DNA of 63,338 bases, the filler included, from Vannella sp. (taxonomy: Eukaryota): assembly GCA_023345925.1 (NCBI GenBank). It is 8 parts of 8 records of this genome, joined end to end, with 100 filler letters (N's around TTAATTAATTAA, not from the genome) between each part and the next. Parts side by side here need not be neighbours in the genome. Positions count along the whole stretch, not along the records: positions 20,596 to 29,803 come from JAJQQN010000495.1; positions 29,904 to 35,450 come from JAJQQN010001061.1; positions 35,551 to 45,149 come from JAJQQN010000141.1; 5 more parts are not named here. One strand, written 5' to 3'. Shown in pieces: positions 27,805 through 37,841 of the stretch. Position numbers and translations under genes: made by a program. The first letter of the stretch is position 1; each line of letters starts with the position of its first letter. Below the pieces are notes generated by a model. That model made no database searches and was not told the DNA's origin. It worked only from the letters and a program-made list of their open reading frames with translations.

Positions 27805-29718
27805 TTAGTGCTTGAGAGTGCCCAGGATGGACTCTGGGGCGTATTTGGCAACAACATCAGGCTTGTGAAGCATGTTGAACTCTTCTGAAGCGTCCTTGCC
27901 TGCAAAGAGGAGGATGGCCTTCTTGCCTCCAGGGTGGTCGTGCATGAAGGTAGTCACGTCCAAGACCTCTCCGTTAACCACGAGCCAACAATCCTTTTCG
28001 TTGTTGTGCTTGGCAACTTCATCAAGGGTAATCTCTCGCTTGGCAACAGGCACCTCCGCAGGTGTCTCGGTGGCGGTAGCCTTCTCTGTAAAGGAAGGCG
28101 CATTGCTTGTGTGGGAAGTGGGGGCTTGGGCAATGTGCGATCCCTCTCCCCACGCGAAGTCCACGGAAACGCGGTTCTGCTCAGGAGAGATGCGAATAGT
28201 TGTGTTGACGCCTCCTTGGGAGATGGTTGTGGTAATGGCATCCCCAGTGAGGTGGCCAAGGACGTTCGCAAGACGACCTTCAGCTGCATCACGCTGGAAG
28301 TGAAGAGCGCGGCGCATCAGGAAGTTCGCAGCGTTGCGGCCAGAAACACGCCCGAACACCACACAGTCGAGAAGAGAGCTTCCTCCTAAGCGGTTAATGC
28401 CGTGTGTTCCTCCCATTGCCTCACCAGTGCACCAGAGGCCGGGGATGGGTTCGCCGTTCTCTCGCAGAACTTCGGAAGCAGCGGACACGTAGATGCCTCC
28501 CATGCAGTAGTGGATAACAGGAGTGACGATAGCAACGTTGTAGATGTCGTCCATGACGAAGGGGAAGTTGTGGAAGTACTTCTTGCCAAAGAGCTTGTCG
28601 TCTTGGTCCTTGCAAACTTGGTTGTACGTGTCGAAGGTCTGCTGGAGGGTGGCGCTGGAGATTCCCATGGCCTTGGCCAACTCGTGTCCGTTCTCGTAGT
28701 GTTGCATGAGGCCACGTCCAACGTAGTGCTTGCAATGCCACTCGATCTCCTTGGTGGCGGCGCCGTTCAACACCAGACGGAAGGGACCGTTTCCTTTGAA
28801 CATGCACTCACTCACGTAGTCTCGGCGACCCAATTCATTGCAGAAACGCTGGCCTCCAGCGTCAAGAAGGAGAGCTCCACATCCTCGAAGGGCCTCGGCA
28901 GCAAGGAACTTGACTTTGGCGTCCGGTTCTTCGGGGTTGACGAGTCCTGTTGGGTGCACTTGAACACGGTCCATGTCCTTCAGTCCTCCACCAACGGCCA
29001 CCGCCATCTTGATACCATCACCAGAGCAATGGTCCCCGTTGGTGGTGGGAAGGTGAACAATGTCGGGGCGGTACTTGGTCAGAAGAGAGTCCTTTGCAAA
29101 GTCAGCGCCATAACCACCAGTGGCAATGACGACAAGACCGCGCTCGGTGAAGGTTTGACCGTCCTTAGTGAACTCCACACCACTGACAGTGCCGTCAGCG
29201 TCCGTGAGGAGGCGCGTGGCAGCGGCTTTGGTGATAATCTTAGCACGAGTGGGTTGTTCCTCTTGAATCTTCTCGAGCTTCTCCATGAGAGCGTACGTGA
29301 TGGTCATACCAGGGAAGCGTTCCTTGCCTCGGTGGGTACGGGGGAAGGAGTGTCCTCCAAGACGTCCAAGAAGAGAAAGGTCCAGACCGAACTGTTCAAT
29401 GAGCCACTCCACAGCTGGAGCGCTCTCTCCTGTGAGGACCTCTGCGAGAGGGTAGGAAGGAGCGTCAGGGTTACCACCGTTAGCAGAGGCAATGGTGTCT
29501 CGAAGGAAGGATTCCTGACTGTCTTTGATGTCGTTAGCGATTTGGCTCTTCGTCAAGGCACCATTGATGCCGGACGTCGCCTTGGTAGAGTTGCCTCCCA
29601 TAAAGGAGCTCTTGTCCAACACGAGGACATTCGCTCCATGTTCAAGAACAGTGTGCGCAGCAGACAGACCAGCAAGACCACCACCAATGATAATCACCTG
29701 TGAGATAGGGGCAGACAT
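27805..29718 (-). CDS. Soluble fumarate reductase (Osm1/Frd1-type flavoprotein) with C-terminal cytochrome b5
   Basis: IIGGGLAG, GGNSTKATSGING, VQVHPTG, EALRG, HYCMGG, NRLGGSSL; cytochrome b5 HPGG; intronless. Confidence 0.95.
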   Translation of the reverse strand: MSAPISQVIIIGGGLAGLSAAHTVLEHGANVLVLDKSSFMGGNSTKATSGINGALTKSQIANDIKDSQESFLRDTIASANGGNPDAPSYPLAEVLTGESAPAVEWLIEQFGLDLSLLGRLGGHSFPRTHRGKERFPGMTITYALMEKLEKIQEEQPTRAKIITKAAATRLLTDADGTVSGVEFTKDGQTFTERGLVVIATGGYGADFAKDSLLTKYRPDIVHLPTTNGDHCSGDGIKMAVAVGGGLKDMDRVQVHPTGLVNPEEPDAKVKFLAAEALRGCGALLLDAGGQRFCNELGRRDYVSECMFKGNGPFRLVLNGAATKEIEWHCKHYVGRGLMQHYENGHELAKAMGISSATLQQTFDTYNQVCKDQDDKLFGKKYFHNFPFVMDDIYNVAIVTPVIHYCMGGIYVSAASEVLRENGEPIPGLWCTGEAMGGTHGINRLGGSSLLDCVVFGRVSGRNAANFLMRRALHFQRDAAEGRLANVLGHLTGDAITTTISQGGVNTTIRISPEQNRVSVDFAWGEGSHIAQAPTSHTSNAPSFTEKATATETPAEVPVAKREITLDEVAKHNNEKDCWLVVNGEVLDVTTFMHDHPGGKKAILLFAGKDASEEFNMLHKPDVVAKYAPESILGTLKH

Positions 29719-30052
29719 GTCACAAGGGCGAAAAAGAATGGACCTGCGGAAAGTAACCTCCCGCTAATTTCTGATTGGCTGGCGGAAAAGCTATTCATTT
29801 ACTNNNNNNNNNNNNNNNNNNNNNNNNNNNNNNNNNNNNNNNNNNNNTTAATTAATTAANNNNNNNNNNNNNNNNNNNNNNNNNNNNNNNNNNNNNNNNN
29901 NNNCACCATCCCCTCAAAACGATGGAAAAGTGGCCTTCTTAAAAACATATAAAATCATCATTTGCATTGGTGCTGGTCGAATTTAGAAGCACTTTTCGGA
30001 GGCCAGCAGGCGTGGGTCAGTGGGAAGGTGAATTCTCTTTGTGCGCGTTTCC

Positions 30053-31024
30053 TCATTTATCTTCTTCTTCATTGGAATGGCAGGATGGAGGGATAACGAT
30101 GGTCCCTGTGGGAAAGTGGCGGCAGTAGGAGAAGAGCAAATGCTTGTACGAGTCCGAATAGGTTCTGTGCGTGATTGGCTCCTCTTTATAGCTCTTAGCA
30201 TACACCGGTAGTTCCCACATTTCTGTGGGTTGGAGGCCAATCTGCGTATGTTGGGAAGGTAACGAGCAGATGTACATCTTCCGAAGGGCCTTGGAGGAAG
30301 GATTGTCGCGGACAATTACTATTTCCTCGCAAGTGAGTCCTCCTTCAGCAGCGTAGATGAGTTTCTCGAACTCTTCTGCGGGTTCTCCTGTCGGTAGAAT
30401 CGTGTAGAACGTCCCATCTGGCTTCAGAAGTCTCCTAACGGTCTCTATAAGATCAGAGAGGGTCAAACTGTGCAAGTGGCGAGCCAAGCGGCGGTTCTCC
30501 TTCATGTCAGACACGAAAGGATCGTCTTCTCTTGTCTTAAAGTAGGGAGAGGCGCACACAATCAGGTCGTACGAGCTATCCGGAGCTTGAAAGGATTGAA
30601 TGGGGGTGTGCGAGAGGCTTACTCGGCACCTCACGTCCTCAGGAAGGAGGGAGATGTTGATAGAGGTCTGCTTCACCGCAGTTTCGTCAATGTCAACCGC
30701 ATCAACCTCAGCCTGAGCGAACCTGAAGGCCTCGAAGATGGAGATGACTCCGCTGCCGCACCCAATGTCCAGTATGCGACGAACAGGCGGTGTAGAAGGA
30801 GGTTGGTGTAGCTCTACTACAAACGGAACTCCTGATCGGACTGCATCCGCAAGTCCTCGGTCTCCTTCTCGGTCCAAGGCAGCTAAACCTGCCAGGAGGA
30901 CCCCATCCGTTCCCACCTTCATTGCGCAGTGCTCTTGATAGATAGTGAAGCGTCGGAACTCAAAGAGGTCCTTCTTCCGCTTCCCCCCGCCCTGTGCTGC
31001 CATCAAATGACGAGTTTTCGTCAT
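30053..31024 (-). CDS. tRNA1(Val) adenine-N6-methyltransferase-like (YfiC/TrmN6 family)
   Basis: FEFRRFTIYQEHCAMKVGTDGVLL, ILDIGCGSG, RRLARH; intronless. Confidence 0.8.
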   Translation of the reverse strand: MTKTRHLMAAQGGGKRKKDLFEFRRFTIYQEHCAMKVGTDGVLLAGLAALDREGDRGLADAVRSGVPFVVELHQPPSTPPVRRILDIGCGSGVISIFEAFRFAQAEVDAVDIDETAVKQTSINISLLPEDVRCRVSLSHTPIQSFQAPDSSYDLIVCASPYFKTREDDPFVSDMKENRRLARHLHSLTLSDLIETVRRLLKPDGTFYTILPTGEPAEEFEKLIYAAEGGLTCEEIVIVRDNPSSKALRKMYICSLPSQHTQIGLQPTEMWELPVYAKSYKEEPITHRTYSDSYKHLLFSYCRHFPTGTIVIPPSCHSNEEEDK

Positions 31025-31049
31025 TCTTGGCGGGCGACGAGGGCGTTAC

Positions 31050-33630
31050 ATGTCGGGGAACATCCGGGTGGTCTGTCGGTTCCGTCCACAGAACTCCAAA
31101 GAGGTTAAGGCCAATGGTAGCGTGGTTGTGGACTTCCTTGATGAGCAGACAGTCCACTTAAAAGTGGGTACAACACTGCAGAGGTTCGTTTGCCGCTAAC
31201 TCTGTTGTGTAGGGCCAGGAGACGGACCACAAGTTCACCTTTGATCGTATCTTTGTTCCTAGTAACAGCCAGCAAGAGGTATACGAGGCTACCGCATTGG
31301 TAGTCATCAGCGACGTCTTTAATGGCTACAACGGCACCATCTTCGTCTACGGGCAGACTTCTAGTGGCAAGACACATACAATGATGGGCCCTGATGGTGG
31401 TAAAGGAATGGAGGACCCTGCTCTTAAGGGCATCATCCCTCGGATGGTTTCCACCATCTTCGAGCAAGTTGAGAACGCAGACGAGAACGTGGAGTTCCTT
31501 GTGACAGTCAGTTACATTGAGATCTATATGGAGAAGATCAGAGACCTTCTCAACCCCACTCAGGACAACCTCCCAGTCCGAGAGAACAAGGTGAGGACCT
31601 TCCTCCTCGTGCCATTAGCGGACCACTCATCCCCAAGCTCAGGCACGCGGCATATACGTAGAAGGTACCACAGAAGTGTCTGTCGCTACGGAAGAAGACG
31701 TTATGAACGTCATGCGAACGGGTCAGGGCAATCGGTCGGTCGGCTTCACCAATATGAACGCTGAAAGCTCGCGTTCCCACTCCCTCTTCGTAGTCAATGT
31801 GACCCAAAAAGACCTCCGAACTGGTGGCAAACGTAATGGCAAGCTCTACCTCGTTGATCTGGCTGGATCAGAGAAAGTGGGAAAGACTGGAGCCCAAGGG
31901 ACCACTCTGGAGGAGGCCAAGATGATTAACAAGTCTCTCTCTGCTTTGGGCAATGTTATCAATGCATTGACCGACGGAAAGTCCAAGCACGTCCCTTACC
32001 GTGACAGCAAACTGACCCGAGTCCTTCAAGAGTCGATTGGAGGCAACAGTCGGACCACATTGATTGTTAACTGCTCCCCAGATAGCTCTAACGAGTTAGA
32101 GACACTGTCGACCCTCAGGTTTGGGACACGGGCGAAGAGCATCAAGAACAAGGCGCAAGTGAATGAAGAGCGGTCCGTAGCGGAATGGAAAGCGATCTGT
32201 AACAAGCTTCAGCAAGAGATTATCCGTCTGCGTAAGTATATAGAAACACTGGAGCAAGAGCTGGGGATTGTGAAGCAGGGAGGAACGAGCGAACTCGCCG
32301 CGACGCTTCAGGCTCAAGTCACTCAAACTTCCTCCGGGCCCACTAATCCGGCACCTTCTGGCACAACAGGAGCACTCCATGAGCTTCATGAACAGATTAG
32401 AGAGCTGGAGAAGCAGGTTGGAGCGAAGGAGGAAGCTCTCAACACAGCCCAAGAAGCCAAATCGATTCTTATGGACCAATTGAGTGAGAAGCAATCGGAG
32501 TTCGATGCCTTCCAACAACAACTTGAAGAGGCAGAGAATAGGGCACAAGAGGCTGTTGCCATTGTCCTCGAATACGAAGAGGAACAGAAAACCCTCATTG
32601 CACAGGTCGCTCAGAAAGATTTTGAGATCGAAAGCCTCACTGCTTCCTCTCTTGAATCTGCTACTGTAAGAGGAGCTCAGCAGCTCGAGATTGAAAAGCT
32701 TGTAGCAGAGAAGGAGTTGCTTACGGAGCAATTGAATCGACTTGCAGATGGGAACAAAGCACGCCAAAGGTCACTCTCCTCCCAAAGCGCTCGCTCTCGG
32801 TCTTCATCACTCCGGCTTTCTCTTACAGGAAGCATTCCTCGTGATAGCGTCCTTTCGCACTCAGCAGAACCTTCCATTTCTCCACTGGCAAAGATGAATT
32901 CAGCTGAAGCCTCGCTTCCTCAGGATCACAGCAACAGCAGCTCTCTTTCTACTCCTTCTGAATTGGAAGGCGCAGTGATTCTCGACTGGAACAGGAGGAA
33001 TGATGCCGTAAGAGGTCTCCATTCCATTGGATTGCCACTCTAATCTCTTTGTTAGCTGCTACAAATGGAAGAAGAGTTCCAGATAGCTTTACAAGCGTTT
33101 GAACAACTCCAAGCGACAGATATATACACTCTTCATGAGAAGAACATGGTGCTGGAGCGACAGCTCGCAAAACTTCAAGAATCTCGACTTCAAAGCCTCT
33201 TGGAGGCAGAAAGGGTGACAATATCCCTATCTGTTTCAGAGCAAAAGCTTTCTTCCCGTGATTTGAGGGTCCAGCAGCTAGAGGAGCAACTAGCGTGAGT
33301 AGAATGCTCTGGAAAGACCCGTCAATTGACATTTTCCAAAGCTCTGAACAGAAGCTCCGGTTGGCTCAAGATAGTGCAGCAGCACAACAAATGGAGCAGC
33401 TTGCTCGTCAGTTAGAAGAAGTCAAACGGCATGCTGCCTCAAGTGGATTACCTCCACAACAAGGAGTGCGCACTCTTCGTGGCGGTGGAGGAAAGAAGAA
33501 GGGGGCTCCCATTGCAGTCGAGTCCCCCAAACCATCTGGGTGGTTTGGGTCCTTCTTCAAGTCCTCTCCAGCACCACGCAAACCGGAACAGGCGATGACC
33601 AGCGCCCCTTCAAGTATCTTTGACTTTTGA
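31050..33630 (+). CDS. Kinesin-1 heavy chain, multi-exon
   Basis: NIRVVCRFRP, YGQTSSGKT, NAESSRSHS, LVDLAGSE, HVPYRDSKLT; coiled-coil stalk; tail VRTLRGGG. Confidence 0.93.
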
Positions 33631-33644
33631 AAAAAGGCTCTTTG

Positions 33645-35381
33645 TTACTCGCTTGTGTCTGGAACACTTCTTGCTGCCCTCAAAGCCTCCTTCTTTCGCT
33701 TTCTTCGCTCACTCTTGGTTAGAATCGGTGCTTTTGGTTTGTCTGGAACAGCCTCTTTGTCCTCTTGCTCACTCTCCGGTTCGGGGCGGCTTCTTTTCTT
33801 CCCTACTAGATAGAAGGGGACCTCCTCTTGAGTATCAGGGTCTTCGCCGTCCGTTTTGTTTGGAGAGGTGATGGAAAGCGGGTTTCGTTTGCGATGGAAG
33901 CGAGCCACAAAAAACCCGTTTGTTTGGTCCTCTGCAGGGGATGCTCTGATGCAAAGAGGGCCTACTTTGTAAGTGCTAAGGCCACGATGTTTCCAGCTGG
34001 GTAAGACTTCGTGTAGCTCCCAGTCGTCTCCCATTTGCTCGAGAACATGCTCGACTACTTGTTCGTTCTCTTCTTCAAAGAGAGAGCATGTGGAATAGAC
34101 CACTCTTTCCGCATTGACAACTAAAGCCCTTTCAGATCTCAAAACTCCATCAAACGGGCCCATTCCTTACATGACATGGCATGGCACAGAATAGTTTTTT
34201 GGAATTTGGCAAGTTGTTCTTTGCGCTGAGTGGTAAAGCCGTTCATGTTGATGAGACTGTCTAACCGACTGACTATCCCAGATCCAGAGCAGGAAGGATC
34301 GACCATAAGATGAGTGATGTGACCCAATTGGGGATGATGGGCGGGGTCAATGTCAAGAAAAGACTGGTGGAGGACCCGCACGGGCGCTCCAGCTTTTTGC
34401 GTGAACTCTTTGAGAAGTAAGATACGTTTGTCGTCCTTGTCGACGGCAAAGAGCTGGTGCCCATGGGAATGGCGGCCCATCAGAGCTGCCGCATGAGTCG
34501 TTTTGTTACCTGGCGCTGCACAAGCATCAATCACGTTGCAGTGACGTTGTGGAGAGCTCTCAGTTATCCTTTCAGCAGGTTGACTGTCCTCAAGAAGGAC
34601 AAATGCAGAGAGACAAGACGCCTTGTCCTGCAAAACAAGTTTTCCTTCCGTAACCCAAAGGTCGTCATGCAGATCAGTCCCAAACGGGAAGACAAGGACT
34701 TCAGGAAGGTCTCTATCTTCCCAGAAGGCCTTCTGACCTAACAAAGAGGAGGGATCGGCTGGAGGAGAGCTCAAAAGGAAATTGGCATTGGTGAAGTGAT
34801 CCAGAGCTTCTTGGACTGTTACCTTGAGTGTGTTCACTCTCACGTACCTTGGGAGCTCTACAGATTGCTGAAGGATGGCTGGGAGTAGAATGATCGGCTC
34901 TGCGGGCAGAGGCGAAGCAGACCGACGCTGTTTCTGGCTGATAAGTCCGTTCAGGAAGGATACAAGCGATGTACGGAAGGGCAGTAGCTCTGTTACATCA
35001 GCGCCCATTCTCTTGTTGTTCTTCCAGTCCTGTGATCGCTTGTCGATCACATAATCGTACAAAAGTACTCGAAACAGCCCCTCCCGCTAACTCTACCGTG
35101 AGAAGCCTTCGCAAGACCAATCTAGAATGACTCTTACACCAGGGTACTTCTTCAGTAAGAACGGATGAGCACGAATCAGCTGATCCACAACGCAAGCATC
35201 TGTTTTTTGTCAATCAAAGCCAGAAAGGCGAACGGGAGGCCTCCTCACAGCGCAATGTCTGACAAACCAACGCATAAACCGCCTTCTTATCTCGAATAGA
35301 AGCGCCAAAGCAGAGCGAACGAATGCTCCCCGATCTCCTCTTCAATTGGTCGATCACCTGACCAGCTTGTTGGAAAGCCAT
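33645..35381 (-). CDS. NSUN5: 28S rRNA m5C methyltransferase NSUN5/Rcm1
   Basis: LPRYVRVNTLK, LQDKASC, DACAAPGNKT, VDPSCSGSG, VVYSTCS, TNGFFVARF. Confidence 0.9.
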
Positions 35382-35649
35382 CAACAGAGAAACTGACCTT
35401 CTTATTAAGCTAAAAATAGCAACATTATTCTATTATTACTTGCTCCACCANNNNNNNNNNNNNNNNNNNNNNNNNNNNNNNNNNNNNNNNNNNNTTAATT
35501 AATTAANNNNNNNNNNNNNNNNNNNNNNNNNNNNNNNNNNNNNNNNNNNNACTGCCACCACAGTCGCCCACAAACAAGCCACCAACAACAAAGCGAGAGC
35601 CGCGCGCGCCATCGGCGAGGAAAAAAGTGATTTCTTCTTCATTTTTCTC

Positions 35650-36586
35650 ATGTACCCCGCTTCTGGGTGGGACAGCGAGCCCATGGGTGTCAGTAGCATG
35701 CCTTCGCGTCCACTAGATGTATGGGAGGAGCTGGACGAGCTGTACCGCCGTGAGGGGAACTTGGAGAAGGTGAGGAAAGCTCGTTTGGCCCGTGGCAATG
35801 TTTGACAGGGCGGGGAAGATTCGAGAGCTTTGTAGCCATATCCGCCTGTTCCTGCTCGAGAATGCGAGGCCGGGAGAGAGCCTCTCTCTTCACTATGAGC
35901 AGTTAAAGTGCTTTGCGGGAGTTCTCATCACACAAGTCAACGCGATGGACGAGTTCTCCCTTATTCCAGGTGCTTCCGGTGCCTATCAAGGTCCAGCTAC
36001 ACCTACTACACCGACACGAAGGCCCTCCATCACAAGAGAACACCTGCAGGGCGCTTACCCTCCCCGTTCCCACCAACCTCACATGCCTTCGGACCTCAAT
36101 GGGAGCTCTTACCAGTTCTACGGGGGCAACGATCACACAAGAGTTCCCTCTACTATGGTTCGGCCTCCTTACACTAACATAGGAGCGCCCCCTGCTTCTA
36201 TGCGAAGCCAAGGAACCTTCGTAGGAACTGGACACTATGATATGAGCAGTTATGGCTACCCTGCAGTACCCACGGACATGGGAGGTGGGACCAAAACACC
36301 AATCGCAGCTCAAACGTACGCCAGCACCCGGCCACAAGCTCCAGCAGTGGAAGCCCCTCTTGTTCCCGCGAAGAGGGCGACAAAGATCGAGCAGACTGTA
36401 CGTGCCAGCCCTTTTGGTGTGACCTGTTCAACTCTAACTCTTTGTCAAGTATGGAGAAGTCATTTGGGGGCCTCAGGAGGAAGCAGCAAAGCCAAAGAGG
36501 CGCCCTAAGGTATGTCAGATCGACTCAGAGCTCCTGACAAGGTCTCACTCGTGGTATAGAAGCGCCAAAAGCCTAATGAAGAATGA
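35650..36586 (+). CDS. Uncharacterised P/S/T/Y-rich protein with basic C-terminal NLS-like motif
   Basis: Consistent 4-exon model ending KPKRRPKKRQKPNEE. Confidence 0.5.
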
Positions 36587-36661
36587 TAACACCTGTACAT
36601 ACCCTCATACACTCCTTTCATCCCCAAATTGGGCATTTCCTTTCCACCTCGATCTAGTCGC

Positions 36662-36970
36662 ATGCTTGCACGCACTTCAGGTTGCTTGGGCGGGCGCATC
36701 TTGGGCTTGAGACGCTTTCACACATCTCTCTTTACTCACTCGAGCGTTCCTCCACAGGCGCCTGTGCCGATCAGTAAGAGGACACTCAAGGCAGCGTTTT
36801 TCTTTGGAGTGGCTCTCAGCTACTTTGCCTGGCGGAAGTATGACGAAGATGAGAACTTTAGCATCATCCGCCCTCTGATAAACAAGGTCTTCGCCTCCAA
36901 AGAGGCTGAGCCAGAGTACTGGAAGGTGTCAAAAGGGTCTTCTCCGCCTTCTGGACGATCAGAAGCGTGA
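36662..36970 (+). CDS. Small predicted mitochondrial single-pass membrane protein
   Basis: Arg-rich presequence-like N-terminus (MLARTSG..LRRFHTS) and one hydrophobic segment. Confidence 0.45.
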   Translation: MLARTSGCLGGRILGLRRFHTSLFTHSSVPPQAPVPISKRTLKAAFFFGVALSYFAWRKYDEDENFSIIRPLINKVFASKEAEPEYWKVSKGSSPPSGRSEA

Positions 36971-37069
36971 GCAGGAGCCCAAGCCACGTGCCAACAACTA
37001 ATGAACCTTACTTTACTCCATGGTACTCCCCCTCACACCCGAAGAACGTTCATTCTCTGCCCACCCGCG

Positions 37070-37785
37070 ATGGGCACCACCTTCTCCGCGCCCAGCTCAG
37101 GCGAGCATCACTCCTTCGAGAATGCTTACGATGGAGATAACCTGGAGCAGCGATACATTGATGAGACGGAGCAGGAGGGCTTTGCAGCGCCTATGTCGAT
37201 GTCTGTAAGGCAGCGAACAGTCCAGGAACCTTTCTTACTCCTTTGCAGATCTCCTCCTCAGTCCAGCAAGCCTGGATGGGGACACCAAAGCCAGTACCTA
37301 GTAGCCTCTTCTCTTTGCTAAGCTCGACGAAGCGCCAAGCTAAGAAGGAGGAGAAGGAGGAGGAGGAGGAGGAGCAGAGATCTCATCCCACCGCTGAAGA
37401 GCTGGAGAGTGAACGAGAGCGGGCAAGGGAAGAGGCGAGAGAGCAACAGCAGAGAGCTATCGAAAAAGAGCGCAGCGATCGGAGAGCACAGCAACAGGCA
37501 GCGCTGGAAGAAGCCCAACTCGCCCAAAGTGCCCGGGAAGAGGTTCTGCGACAGTCCAACGCTGCGCTTACCAACCAGTGGGAAACAGAGAAGCGCGCCA
37601 CAGCAGACCTACACAGCCAAGCTACCCTCCTCCTGCAGCAACCCCTTCGGCCACAATCGACTTTGGGGCCTCTCCGAGAGTCATGTGAGAGTTGCCTCCG
37701 TCTAAACGGCGTCCTTGGCTGCCGAGAGGAGCTCAACATGATCCACCAACGCCAATGGCCCTCAACACTGGCCCCTTCCGTGTAA
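37070..37785 (+). CDS. MICOS Mic19/CHCHD3-like protein
   Basis: Myristoylation motif MGTTFS, charged coiled coil, C-terminal CLRLNGVLGCREEL; one intron. Confidence 0.5.
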
Positions 37786-37841
37786 GATGGTTCGATAAAG
37801 CACTCCCAAAGCCATTTCCTTTCCTCCCTTAGGCAGCGGGC

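Noticed and set aside
28402..29703. 433-aa antisense ORF over fumarate reductase
   Set aside because: Typical shadow ORF from codon bias on the opposite strand; no recognisable motifs
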